A stretch of DNA of 44,881 nucleotides from a virus. Position numbers and translations under genes: made by a program. The stretch's first letter is position 1; each line of letters begins with the position of its first letter. This document shows positions 9,279 to 16,793 of the stretch, piece by piece. The notes under the pieces were generated by a model. The model was not told where the DNA came from and ran no database searches. It was given only the letters and a program-made list of their open reading frames with translations. The stretch is taken from IMG/VR virus record IMGVR_UViG_3300020202_000031, positions 1 through 44,881 of that record. One strand, 5' to 3'.

Positions 9279-9429
9279 GGCGTGCGTCCTCCTCGTTAGA
9301 AGCGTTCTTCGAGCGGTCCTTGGTGCGTTCGCGCCTTAAGCGTGTCTCGTCCAGCACACGATCCACGCGGTTGTTGAGCTCCCTGAGCCAAGAGGTTTTG
9401 ATCGGGGGCTTTGGCGTCTTAGGACTCAT
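9256..9429 (-). CDS. Small basic protein (57 aa, below the ORF-track cutoff)
   Basis: My own translation: MSPKTPKPPIKTSWLRELNNRVDRVLDETRLRRERTKDRSKNASNEEDARRGSKPKS. ATGA overlap with the stop of the upstream gene at 9426-9429. Confidence 0.35.
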   Translation of the reverse strand: MSPKTPKPPIKTSWLRELNNRVDRVLDETRLRRERTKDRSKNASNEEDARRGSKPKS

Positions 9430-9785
9430 CGTGGACGGCCTTTCTTGCGAGCCCTCGGCGTGTCAGCGTCCCTCATCCGCTTGATAGCGCGCGCTACGTC
9501 AGCTGCCTTCGCCCCGGTGATCTGAGACACCCACACCACGATATCTTCATCCTTGTAGTGTTTGAGAGCATCGACGAACCGGTCAACGGCGTGCGCTCTA
9601 ATGGTAGATACGTCAGCAGCGCCGGAGTCGATAAGGTGGCGCACATCCTTCACTCCTTTACTCACGGCCTTGAGGCCTTGTACGGCGACCTGCAGGCGCT
9701 GAATGATCTCTTCGCTGAGCCTGGCCATGCTAGCGACTTCCTTTGATGTGAACGGCTTCGTATCGACAGGTGATGTTTTTCTCAT
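9426..9785 (-). CDS. Hypothetical protein (119 aa), first gene of the recombinase mini-operon
   Basis: ORF with a coding-like composition. No recognisable motif. Confidence 0.5.
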   Translation of the reverse strand: MRKTSPVDTKPFTSKEVASMARLSEEIIQRLQVAVQGLKAVSKGVKDVRHLIDSGAADVSTIRAHAVDRFVDALKHYKDEDIVVWVSQITGAKAADVARAIKRMRDADTPRARKKGRPR

Positions 9786-10558
9786 GCGTGGAGTCCCCTT
9801 GGGCTTTGGTGGTTAATGGCTCAGGCCTATGCATTCTTCGTTCCTCTCGCCTTGAGCTGACAAGGCATGGCTACGAAGATTCGAACGTTCGTAGCGTTTC
9901 TTTGCGGCATAAACAAGATGACTCTTATCGATTGGCGTTCATGATGTGCGGTCAATGTTTACTCGCACTCGCTTATTGTTGTGGGCGAGCGCACGACGTC
10001 ATCCACGACGCATCCCCTTACTCAGGTTACAGTTTCACGTGAAACAGTTTTACTTAGGTACTTGATGTGCAACTCGCTCGCCACGATTTCCGACAAGCGA
10101 AGTGCGTGGAATAATGGCGCTAAAGTAATTCATCGCGCGTAGCGCATGCGGAACTTCTGAACGGATTCATCGCAGCAACGCGTGAGCTCGAGCCAATATG
10201 AAGGGTTCATTAAGTAATTTCTGAGTGTAAAACTAATGAGCAAAACGAAGGTGAATCTGAACCTAAAATTCTAAAACTCTCGAGCTAGGTTTCTAAAAAC
10301 ACCATGTTTTCCAATACTTACCCGCTCGCTTATAGCCCTACCCGAGCGATCTGCACACAAATAGCCTGCGCGGGCTATGTGCGCACATGCAGTTTTCATA
10401 TGAAGGTTTCGTTTCGACTGCTGAGACCCGGGGGTGGGGGTGTTTTTTTCGATGAAAAATTGTATTTGGTCGCGCCTCCCACAAAAAATCGGAAAAACAA
10501 AAAAACCGACGCGCCTTACCTTACTCAAGTAGGTACTCAATCGTAATCTGTTCCCACG
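9786..10558. promoter_or_regulatory. 0.77-kb noncoding divergent region (switch / origin / ncRNA candidate)
   Basis: No credible ORF and visibly lower GC. Many palindromes: CGAACGTTCG (9883-9892), GTTTCACGTGAAAC (10032-10045), ATAGCC-N6-GGCTAT (10361-10378), ATGTGCGCACAT (10377-10388). Also TTACT-type words and a T7 run at 10442-10449. Confidence 0.5.
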
Positions 10559-10909
10559 ATGCCTGTACCCATCCGCAGAACGTATATCGTTGAGTCAGCC
10601 CCTGTCACAGAGCCCGCACAGCAAGAGCCGTTAAACACGGTTGTAGAGCGTGTAGCAGCCCAAATTCCTCTGCCATCCCCGCTCCCATTGGTGGTGCAGC
10701 AAGTCGAGATCCAGCTAATTTCTCGCGCACTCGAGTCCTCCGGCTATTGCGTAAGTAAAGCCAGCGGAGTACTCGGTATCTTACGTACTACGTTACTCGA
10801 TAAGGTACACAAGTACGGCCTGAAGCAAGAATTGCCAGGCTATGCGGCCAAGCTCAGGGAGCGAGCTCGTCGCAGACAGTACAAAGAGACCGGGGTGTGG
10901 GAGCCATGA
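10559..10909 (+). CDS. Fis-type HTH DNA-binding protein
   Basis: C-terminal VEIQLISRALESSGYCVSKASGVLGILRTTLLDKVHKYGL matches the HTH_8/Fis pattern (E..lI..AL....n.s.AA..LGi.R.TL..K...yGl). No SD precedes the ATG. Confidence 0.65.
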   Translation: MPVPIRRTYIVESAPVTEPAQQEPLNTVVERVAAQIPLPSPLPLVVQQVEIQLISRALESSGYCVSKASGVLGILRTTLLDKVHKYGLKQELPGYAAKLRERARRRQYKETGVWEP

Positions 10910-11010
10910 TCGATACAATCGGCCATTCGCCATTTGAAGCCTTGAGCTTGGTGTCAGCCACAGCTCTGTTTTCCATGTTTTTCATCAGCATCATCAGAAA
11001 GGACATCTAA
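10906..11010 (+). CDS. Hydrophobic micropeptide (34 aa)
   Basis: My own translation: MIDTIGHSPFEALSLVSATALFSMFFISIIRKDI. ATGA overlap upstream and TAATG overlap downstream. It exactly fills the gap between the flanking genes. Confidence 0.3.
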   Translation: MIDTIGHSPFEALSLVSATALFSMFFISIIRKDI

Positions 11011-12767
11011 TGACCCCATCTCTCAGACTTCTGGCGCTTGCCACCACCACGGCGATCGCCTGCAACGACGTAACGCCTCCGACAAGCGTCGTTACCGCCC
11101 CTCCCCCCTCCTCTACGGTGGGTGGAACGATCAAACTCGAGGCCGCAGCAAGCGATGACTCAGCCGTTGCTCGCGTTGAGATGATGATCGACGGAAAACT
11201 CGTCGCAACGGAGAAAGAAACGCCTTATTCGGCCACTTTCGACACGAAAACACTCCAAGACGGCGCCCATACGCTTGTTGCGATCGCGTTTGACGAGAAA
11301 GGCAACAAGACGGCGTCTGCTCCGGTCAGCTTCTCGGTCAAGAACGTCGTACAACCCCCCGTTGACCCGCCTACCCCGCCAGTTGCTGGCTGGACTGACT
11401 TCAAGCTCGCTCCCGACGCGATCAAGATCCATGTATCATCCTCTTTGGGTCTCGATTCAAACGACGGGAGCGAGTCGAAGCCTCTTAAGACCCTCAAAGC
11501 CGCTTATTCGAAGCTCCGGAACGGCAAGCCCGACCACTTGGTGCTTAAGCGTGGCGACACGTTCAAGGAAGCCTTCCCTTACTGGGAGAAGTCAGGTCGC
11601 TCAGCGACTGAGCCCATGGTGATCGGCGCGTATGGCGCTGGCACTGCCCGCCCTGTGGTGTCATCTGACGGTAACGTCCTCTCGACCCGCTCAAACATCA
11701 GCTTCATCGCAGTCCAGGGCCTGCGCTTCACGAGCCTCAACCGCGAGCCAGGCAGCTCGACGTTCAATACGAACGTGTCGAGTGACGCAGCCATCCGCTG
11801 GATGTCTAGAGGTCAGTTCCTTTTGCTTGAAGACATGCTTATCGACTTCCATCGCGTCGGTATCGTCTCAGAGCAGCCCGAAGCCCAGATGGAAGGCGCG
11901 CCGAAGGGCTGGACGAAGTGCGCAAGCTACTTCAAGAACCTCAAGATCCGCCGCTCAGTGATCGCGAACAACTGGAGCTACCCGTCAACCACGGAGGCTC
12001 GCAAGGGCGGCCATTCACAAGGTGCATATCTCCAGTGCGTTGATGGTCTCACCATGGAAGAGAACTTCTGGGACTCAAACGGCTACCACAAGGCCGTCTC
12101 TGGCGCTGTGCCCACGCAGTTCAACCACAACGTTTACTTGAACGCGAAATCAAAGAACGTCGTGGCCAAAGGTAACGTCTTCTCTCGAGGAGCAGCGACT
12201 GGCATCCAAGTCCGCACGGGCGGGATCTTTGAGAACAACTTAGTTGTCCAGAACCCTCAAGGCATCACCTATGGCATCGTTCGCGGCGGGAACAACCCGG
12301 AGGATCCGCAAGTTGTTCAAGGTGGCGTGACTGGCACGATCAAGGGGAACGTGTTCTTGGAAGGTGTTGACCTCGACGCCAATAACCCGCGCGCTCTTGC
12401 CGCTCAGATCGGCAATCTCAAGGACGTCGAGATGAGTGATAACGTCTTCGCCCACTACTCGCACATCGGCAAGCCCTACAACCACGGGTCAGTTGCGATC
12501 GACTGCGGCAACGGCATTGGACTCGGTAAGCTTGTCATGAAGAACAACGCGACGTGGAAGTGGGAACCCTGGCTCACGACCTCTGGCCCTTGCAAGAACA
12601 AGCCTGAAGAGTCTGGCACGGTGAAGACGAAGGCGATGGAGAAGAAGCTCGCTGACTACGCTCCTGACTTTTTTGAAGGCGCACGTAAGCAGTCGCGACT
12701 CACTTGGAATCAGAAGTACACGGCGACTGAGGCGGTCAAATACTTCCGCGCTCAGTTCGGTAAGTAA
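11010..12767 (+). CDS. Exported (possible lipoprotein) Ig-like plus right-handed beta-helix protein, polysaccharide lyase/hydrolase-like
   Basis: Signal-like N-terminus MTPSLRLLALATTTAIAC. A Big_7-type Ig domain (VGGTIKLEAAASDDSAVARVEMMIDG...PYSATFDT...GAHTLVAIAFDEKGN). Then beta-helix repeats (NHNVYLN, ENNLVVQN, GNVFLEG). Confidence 0.7.
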   Translation: MTPSLRLLALATTTAIACNDVTPPTSVVTAPPPSSTVGGTIKLEAAASDDSAVARVEMMIDGKLVATEKETPYSATFDTKTLQDGAHTLVAIAFDEKGNKTASAPVSFSVKNVVQPPVDPPTPPVAGWTDFKLAPDAIKIHVSSSLGLDSNDGSESKPLKTLKAAYSKLRNGKPDHLVLKRGDTFKEAFPYWEKSGRSATEPMVIGAYGAGTARPVVSSDGNVLSTRSNISFIAVQGLRFTSLNREPGSSTFNTNVSSDAAIRWMSRGQFLLLEDMLIDFHRVGIVSEQPEAQMEGAPKGWTKCASYFKNLKIRRSVIANNWSYPSTTEARKGGHSQGAYLQCVDGLTMEENFWDSNGYHKAVSGAVPTQFNHNVYLNAKSKNVVAKGNVFSRGAATGIQVRTGGIFENNLVVQNPQGITYGIVRGGNNPEDPQVVQGGVTGTIKGNVFLEGVDLDANNPRALAAQIGNLKDVEMSDNVFAHYSHIGKPYNHGSVAIDCGNGIGLGKLVMKNNATWKWEPWLTTSGPCKNKPEESGTVKTKAMEKKLADYAPDFFEGARKQSRLTWNQKYTATEAVKYFRAQFGK

Positions 12768-12933
12768 GAAACGGCAGACGGGGCACATCTATGGCTCCCA
12801 CAGCTCCAAGATCCCCGTCTTTCGACCCGGCATCCTCAGGTTAAGCCTGACCGCTCACCGGGGAGCGGTCTGACAACCGGAACAGCTTTGGTGACAGCCC
12901 GGAGAGACGGGCGCTTTTGAAGAAGGAGTTTTC

Positions 12934-13206
12934 ATGATCCCAGTAGCACCGAAATCGATCCAAGGACTCGCGAGCGCTGTTGCTCGTCGCGAAGGCAAGA
13001 AGAGCCAGGCCCGCATTGGCGAGGTTCGAGAGATCCTTGGCATCGTCTCTGATCTTCTGATCGAGACGATGGTCGTGGGCGAGAAATCAGTCGAGCTCCC
13101 GATCGCCGTTGTCCTCTACGAGGCAGGCGTTGCGCGCAAGAAGAAGAAAGCCAAGCCCAAGGGTGGCTTCGCGACCATCACCAAGATCAAGCAGCGAAGG
13201 AAGTGA
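12934..13206 (+). CDS. Small protein with a lysine-rich tail (90 aa)
   Basis: SD aaggag lies 8 nt upstream of the ATG. The C-terminus ARKKKKAKPKGG...KIKQRRK is strongly basic. No family recognised. Confidence 0.45.
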   Translation: MIPVAPKSIQGLASAVARREGKKSQARIGEVREILGIVSDLLIETMVVGEKSVELPIAVVLYEAGVARKKKKAKPKGGFATITKIKQRRK

Positions 13207-13245
13207 GGCGGAGCAGACCTTAAAAAAAAGAAAGGTCTGTTACCT

Positions 13246-14379
13246 ATGAAATCGATACTGTTCTCAACTCTTCTCACCGCGATCTCGGCTCAAGCAGTCG
13301 AGCCGACTGTCTTCTGCCCGAGCCCACTCGTGGCTGCGTGCGTGAGCCGCGAGACTCCTCCGCCACCTCCTCCTCCTGTTCCCGTGCCGACTCCTCCCCC
13401 CTCTGGCGGTGTCGTCATCTCGCCTTCTGACTCGCTTCAAGCGGCTGTCGATAAGGGCGGCACCGTGGTTCTCAAGGATGGCGAATACAAGGGGCCAGTC
13501 CGGATCAAGAAGGATGGCGTCACACTCGTCGCTCAAAACGCAGGCAAGGCTGTGATCAAGGCCGACTCAGGCGACAACCTCATCATCGACGCCTCGAACG
13601 TCACTGTTCGCGGGCTCGTCCTTCGCGGTGGCGGTGTGAGTGGAAAAGAATCTCACCATAACCATTTGGCTGCTAACCGCGTCGAGCGCGCGAGAGAGGA
13701 GATCCTCCTTGAAGACCTCACGATTGAAAAAGCAAGAGGTGTTGGACTGGCTCTTAACGGTGACAAGATCACAGCACGTCGACTTGTTGCGCGAGATAAC
13801 GGAGCAGCTGGAATCGGCGGGAGTCACGGAGAGGAGATACTTCTCGAAGACTCTAAGATCTTCGGTAACAACCTCATCGAGAAGAGAAGTGACGGTGGAG
13901 GTGGGAAGTTCACGCGTACGGATCGCGTGGTCCTTCGACGTGTTGAAGCCTATGGAAACGTAGGGCCTGGCATCTGGTTCGATATCTGGAACACGAACAC
14001 GACCATTGAAGACTGCTACTCCCACGACAACCTGGGCACGTCTAACATCCACGGTAAGGGGATCATGCTTGAGCTTCATGGTGGAGATAAGTCAGGCAAG
14101 CTCTCTGGCAAGTCGCGCCTCATCCGAAACCGGGTTGAGAACAACGACGTAGTGTCAGGGCGCTCGAAGGACCATCAGCGCGGGTTCAACATCTCGTCTG
14201 CTGCTGGCATTGAGATGATCGATAACATCGTTGCAGGTGGCGACACGCTCAACCTCAAAGACGCCTCAGGGCGCGAGATCAAGACACAAGACATCACCAT
14301 CCGGGGAACGAAGTTCCTCTCTGGTGGCCGCATCAACTGGGACGGGGCTTCTAAGTCCTGCTGCAAGATCGAGGAGTAG
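13246..14379 (+). CDS. Secreted right-handed parallel beta-helix protein
   Basis: Sec-type signal MKSILFSTLLTAISAQA|VEP, a proline linker PPPPPPPVPVPTPPP, then beta-helix repeat signatures (VTVRGLVLRGGG, ARDNGAAGIGG, KIFGNN, AYGNVGPGIWF). Confidence 0.7.
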   Translation: MKSILFSTLLTAISAQAVEPTVFCPSPLVAACVSRETPPPPPPPVPVPTPPPSGGVVISPSDSLQAAVDKGGTVVLKDGEYKGPVRIKKDGVTLVAQNAGKAVIKADSGDNLIIDASNVTVRGLVLRGGGVSGKESHHNHLAANRVERAREEILLEDLTIEKARGVGLALNGDKITARRLVARDNGAAGIGGSHGEEILLEDSKIFGNNLIEKRSDGGGGKFTRTDRVVLRRVEAYGNVGPGIWFDIWNTNTTIEDCYSHDNLGTSNIHGKGIMLELHGGDKSGKLSGKSRLIRNRVENNDVVSGRSKDHQRGFNISSAAGIEMIDNIVAGGDTLNLKDASGREIKTQDITIRGTKFLSGGRINWDGASKSCCKIEE

Positions 14380-14381
14380 AA

Positions 14382-14501
14382 ATGTTTAGGTGGCTCAGGC
14401 AGCTCTTCTGTTACCACGTGTGGGCGGTTCGTCTGCCTGAGTCACCGCTCTACATCTGCATCCACTGCGGCAAAGAGTCCCACGCAAGGAGTCTCATCTA
14501 G
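14382..14501 (+). CDS. Cys/His-rich micro-protein (39 aa)
   Basis: My own translation: MFRWLRQLFCYHVWAVRLPESPLYICIHCGKESHARSLI. SD gaggag lies 5 nt upstream. The stop overlaps the next GTG start by 1 nt. Confidence 0.3.
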   Translation: MFRWLRQLFCYHVWAVRLPESPLYICIHCGKESHARSLI

Positions 14502-14695
14502 TGCTTAAGCTACTCTGCCGTATCGGCATCCACAACGCCAAGCCCACTGGCATGTTCTACGTAACGAAGACCAAGGAAGAGTCTGAGGTCCGCCACTGTC
14601 GCTGGTGTCGCCGCGGGATCGTGAGGCTTAAGGATCATGTCGTCATGCTCACGCCAGGCTTCATGCGTGATGCGGGGTATGGAGGTGGGAAGTGA
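14501..14695 (+). CDS. Small Cys/His protein (64 aa)
   Basis: GTG start with aaggag 9 nt upstream. LLCRIGIHN...CRWCRRG, and an N-terminal pattern similar to the preceding micro-protein. Confidence 0.45.
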   Translation: MLKLLCRIGIHNAKPTGMFYVTKTKEESEVRHCRWCRRGIVRLKDHVVMLTPGFMRDAGYGGGK

Positions 14696-15081
14696 CGTTC
14701 GGTGAGGCATACAATAGCGGTCGTCCATTCCGTCGAGAAAGCTGGGATGAAGGGCGTTGGATTGGGCCATTCAAGCACTATGAAGTTCTTCCTCTCCTGG
14801 TCGAAGACTGGTTCGGGACTGACTACGAGGTTAAGCCCGTTGAGCCCAAATGGCTGAAGATCTGGTACTCGACGCGCTATGAGGGCGGCCTGATTGGTAA
14901 GCCCACGAAGACCCTTGGAGAGAGCGACCGGATCCTCCTCATCGACTCGCGGCCCGTGAAGGCGCTGGTTGAGGCGATGAAGCTGGCGAAAGGCCGCTTC
15001 TGGGATGACCGCGCTATCGACGCTACTCAGATTGAGTCTGAGCTTTGCGCTGTCGAGCAGCTCCTCAAGGAGTCACCGTGA
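14692..15081 (+). CDS. Hypothetical protein with a DUF2829(Tad2)-like N-terminal motif
   Basis: MTFGEAYNSGRPFRRESWDEGRWI...LLVEDWFGTDYEV resembles the recalled ends of DUF2829 (M.FgeAl..G..vrR.gW ... dlla.DWev), but the core is shortened and an extra domain of about 80 aa follows. GTGA overlap at the start. Confidence 0.3.
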   Translation: MTFGEAYNSGRPFRRESWDEGRWIGPFKHYEVLPLLVEDWFGTDYEVKPVEPKWLKIWYSTRYEGGLIGKPTKTLGESDRILLIDSRPVKALVEAMKLAKGRFWDDRAIDATQIESELCAVEQLLKESP

Positions 15082-15254
15082 CTAAGGTCAAGTATTCAAA
15101 TGGGCGAGAACTGATTCACATCTTTAGGCGCATTCCGCATTCGCTTCTGTGCATGTTCAAACTGAGCATGCCGATTGATCTCTACCGCGCGGATGGCCAG
15201 TGTCTGGCTATCGCATGCAGCTGTGGAAAGGTGTTCTGGAGGTTCGATCCATGA
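15078..15254 (+). CDS. Small protein (58 aa)
   Basis: An in-frame GTG overlaps the upstream stop (GTGA). The tracked longer start would overlap the preceding gene. Confidence 0.35.
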   Translation: MTKVKYSNGRELIHIFRRIPHSLLCMFKLSMPIDLYRADGQCLAIACSCGKVFWRFDP

Positions 15255-15454
15255 CCGACGAGAAGAAGCCCGCCAAGACATTCACCGAAATCATGAACGA
15301 AGTCACGAGGGACGAAAGCTTCCAAGTCGAGTGCCCCAACTGCGGCACCAAGGTCTTCTTCAAGATGATGAACGACGACGGCACTCGGTGCTGCTTTTGC
15401 CCAAGCTTGTTTATGCGAGCCATCCTAGATTTGAAGAAGGGGAGTGGGCAATGA
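15251..15454 (+). CDS. Zinc-ribbon protein (67 aa)
   Basis: ATGA overlap at the start. Two Cys pairs: CPNCG...CCFCP. Confidence 0.45.
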   Translation: MTDEKKPAKTFTEIMNEVTRDESFQVECPNCGTKVFFKMMNDDGTRCCFCPSLFMRAILDLKKGSGQ

Positions 15455-15681
15455 CCTCCCCCGAACAACTCCGCCGCTGGGTCTCGATGCACGGCGACCT
15501 CCCCGCAGGACAGACAGCTGAGAAGCTTCTGACGGCGATCTACGCGCTAGAGGACATCTTGACTGAGTGCCGACAGGCCCGGGCCTTCATGGCGACAGAC
15601 GACAAAGGCGCAGCACTCGAGTGTCTGCGAGATATCGAGGAGTGCGTACGCACGACTCTACAGAAGATCAGGAGGGAATGA
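15451..15681 (+). CDS. Small helical protein (76 aa)
   Basis: ATGA overlap at 15451. The remainder of tracked ORF 15175-15681 overlaps other genes. Confidence 0.45.
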   Translation: MTSPEQLRRWVSMHGDLPAGQTAEKLLTAIYALEDILTECRQARAFMATDDKGAALECLRDIEECVRTTLQKIRRE

Positions 15682-15824
15682 TGGCTGAGTACGCAGCAAC
15701 GATCGTGTTTCTGGCGATGTCGGGGGTGTCGGCACTGGCGTTTCTAATCGGCTACGCGCAAGGTGAGCTTAGCGCCAGGAAGAGGCCCGCCGAGCGTATC
15801 GCGGCAGGAAAGGATGGGGAGTGA
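15678..15824 (+). CDS. Single-pass membrane micro-protein (48 aa)
   Basis: ATGA overlap. Hydrophobic stretch AATIVFLAMSGVSALAFLIGYA followed by a basic tail. Confidence 0.4.
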   Translation: MMAEYAATIVFLAMSGVSALAFLIGYAQGELSARKRPAERIAAGKDGE

Positions 15825-16033
15825 TGGCGAAAGAAAAGTTCCCGCACTACTGGCTTTGCGACGACTGCGCGACCGCTAGGGGCGGCATCTGGCCAAAGGG
15901 CCACGTCTGCACGGTGACCCAAGGCGACTGCAAGTATTGCGGCATGAAGAACGCCATCCTTATTCCATGGGTTGATTACAACTGGCCTCGCGACAAACAA
16001 GCCGACCTGAAGGCGAAGGTGACTCGTGACTAA
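15821..16033 (+). CDS. Zinc-finger protein (70 aa)
   Basis: Cys pattern CDDC...C...CKYCG. GTGA-type coupling upstream. Confidence 0.45.
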   Translation: MMAKEKFPHYWLCDDCATARGGIWPKGHVCTVTQGDCKYCGMKNAILIPWVDYNWPRDKQADLKAKVTRD

Positions 16034-16337
16034 CGACGCCCAGGCCATGAGCGTGGCGAGAGAGCTAGATGAACTCCTCAGCGATGTTCCTACAGGTGGG
16101 TACGACAAACGAGTCGATCTCATCGAGCACGCCCTGATCCAAGCCGAGCGCAGGGGTGCCGTTCGCGAGCTAGAGCGCGTGAAGTCTGCCATCGCAGGCC
16201 AGATTCAAATCTACCGTGAGCAGCGGAGCACATCGGATGCGGCGGCACTATTGCCGTTGAAGCGGGCAGTGGATCACTGGCTAGAGTTCGAGCAGTCGCG
16301 TGGCGCACTCCTCGACAGCGGAAAGGGTGAGCTATGA
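16026..16337 (+). CDS. Hypothetical protein (103 aa)
   Basis: GTG start overlapping the upstream gene end. Helical, acidic. Confidence 0.45.
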   Translation: MTNDAQAMSVARELDELLSDVPTGGYDKRVDLIEHALIQAERRGAVRELERVKSAIAGQIQIYREQRSTSDAAALLPLKRAVDHWLEFEQSRGALLDSGKGEL

Positions 16338-16687
16338 GCGACGGCCCTGAAAGCGTGGCGAGGCGACTGATCCGCACGTATATCGGACACGAGGTATGCG
16401 ACGGGCCCGTTAACATCGCTAAGTGGGATGACCTAGCGCTGATCGTCGCACAAGCCCTCCGCGCGCACGGCGAGGCTGAGTATAGACGTGGGGTGAAAGA
16501 AGCGTCGAGGAACGTGCCGAGTGAGGAGATGATTGATGCGCAAGCTAGAGGCTACATCTCAACAAGCTATCCGCCTGGCCCTAATTTCATTGAACACCTT
16601 AGACATGGATTCAGGTTAGGTGGCCGGTGGGTCGCAGACTACGTACTCGACAGCGCGCTCGTCGCGAAGGGGGGTGGGGATGAGTGA
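16334..16687 (+). CDS. Hypothetical protein (117 aa), paralog A
   Basis: ATGA overlap. Shares WDDLALIVAQAL / ...HGFRLGGRWVADYV with the gene at 16790 (WRKLVALIADAL / ...HAGFSTGARWAISKM). Confidence 0.5.
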   Translation: MSDGPESVARRLIRTYIGHEVCDGPVNIAKWDDLALIVAQALRAHGEAEYRRGVKEASRNVPSEEMIDAQARGYISTSYPPGPNFIEHLRHGFRLGGRWVADYVLDSALVAKGGGDE

Positions 16688-16793
16688 GTGGTTCTTGGGA
16701 TTGACATCGTACTCGCAGCTTCTCTTCATTGTGTGGGCCGGCATCGTCCTGATGGTCTGGGCTCCATTCACGTCACGAGGGTCCAAGCTATGA
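16680..16793 (+). CDS. Transmembrane micropeptide (37 aa)
   Basis: My own translation: MSEWFLGLTSYSQLLFIVWAGIVLMVWAPFTSRGSKL. It overlaps the upstream stop by 8 nt and shares an ATGA with the downstream start. Confidence 0.35.
   Translation: MSEWFLGLTSYSQLLFIVWAGIVLMVWAPFTSRGSKL

Noticed and set aside
9770-10546. ORFs 9770-10042(+), 10271-10540(-) and 10304-10546(+) inside the long intergenic region.
   Set aside because: The region has lower GC and the ORFs have no SD. Their peptides are Cys/Arg/Phe-rich and unlike coding sequence, and the ORFs overlap one another. I treat the region as noncoding.
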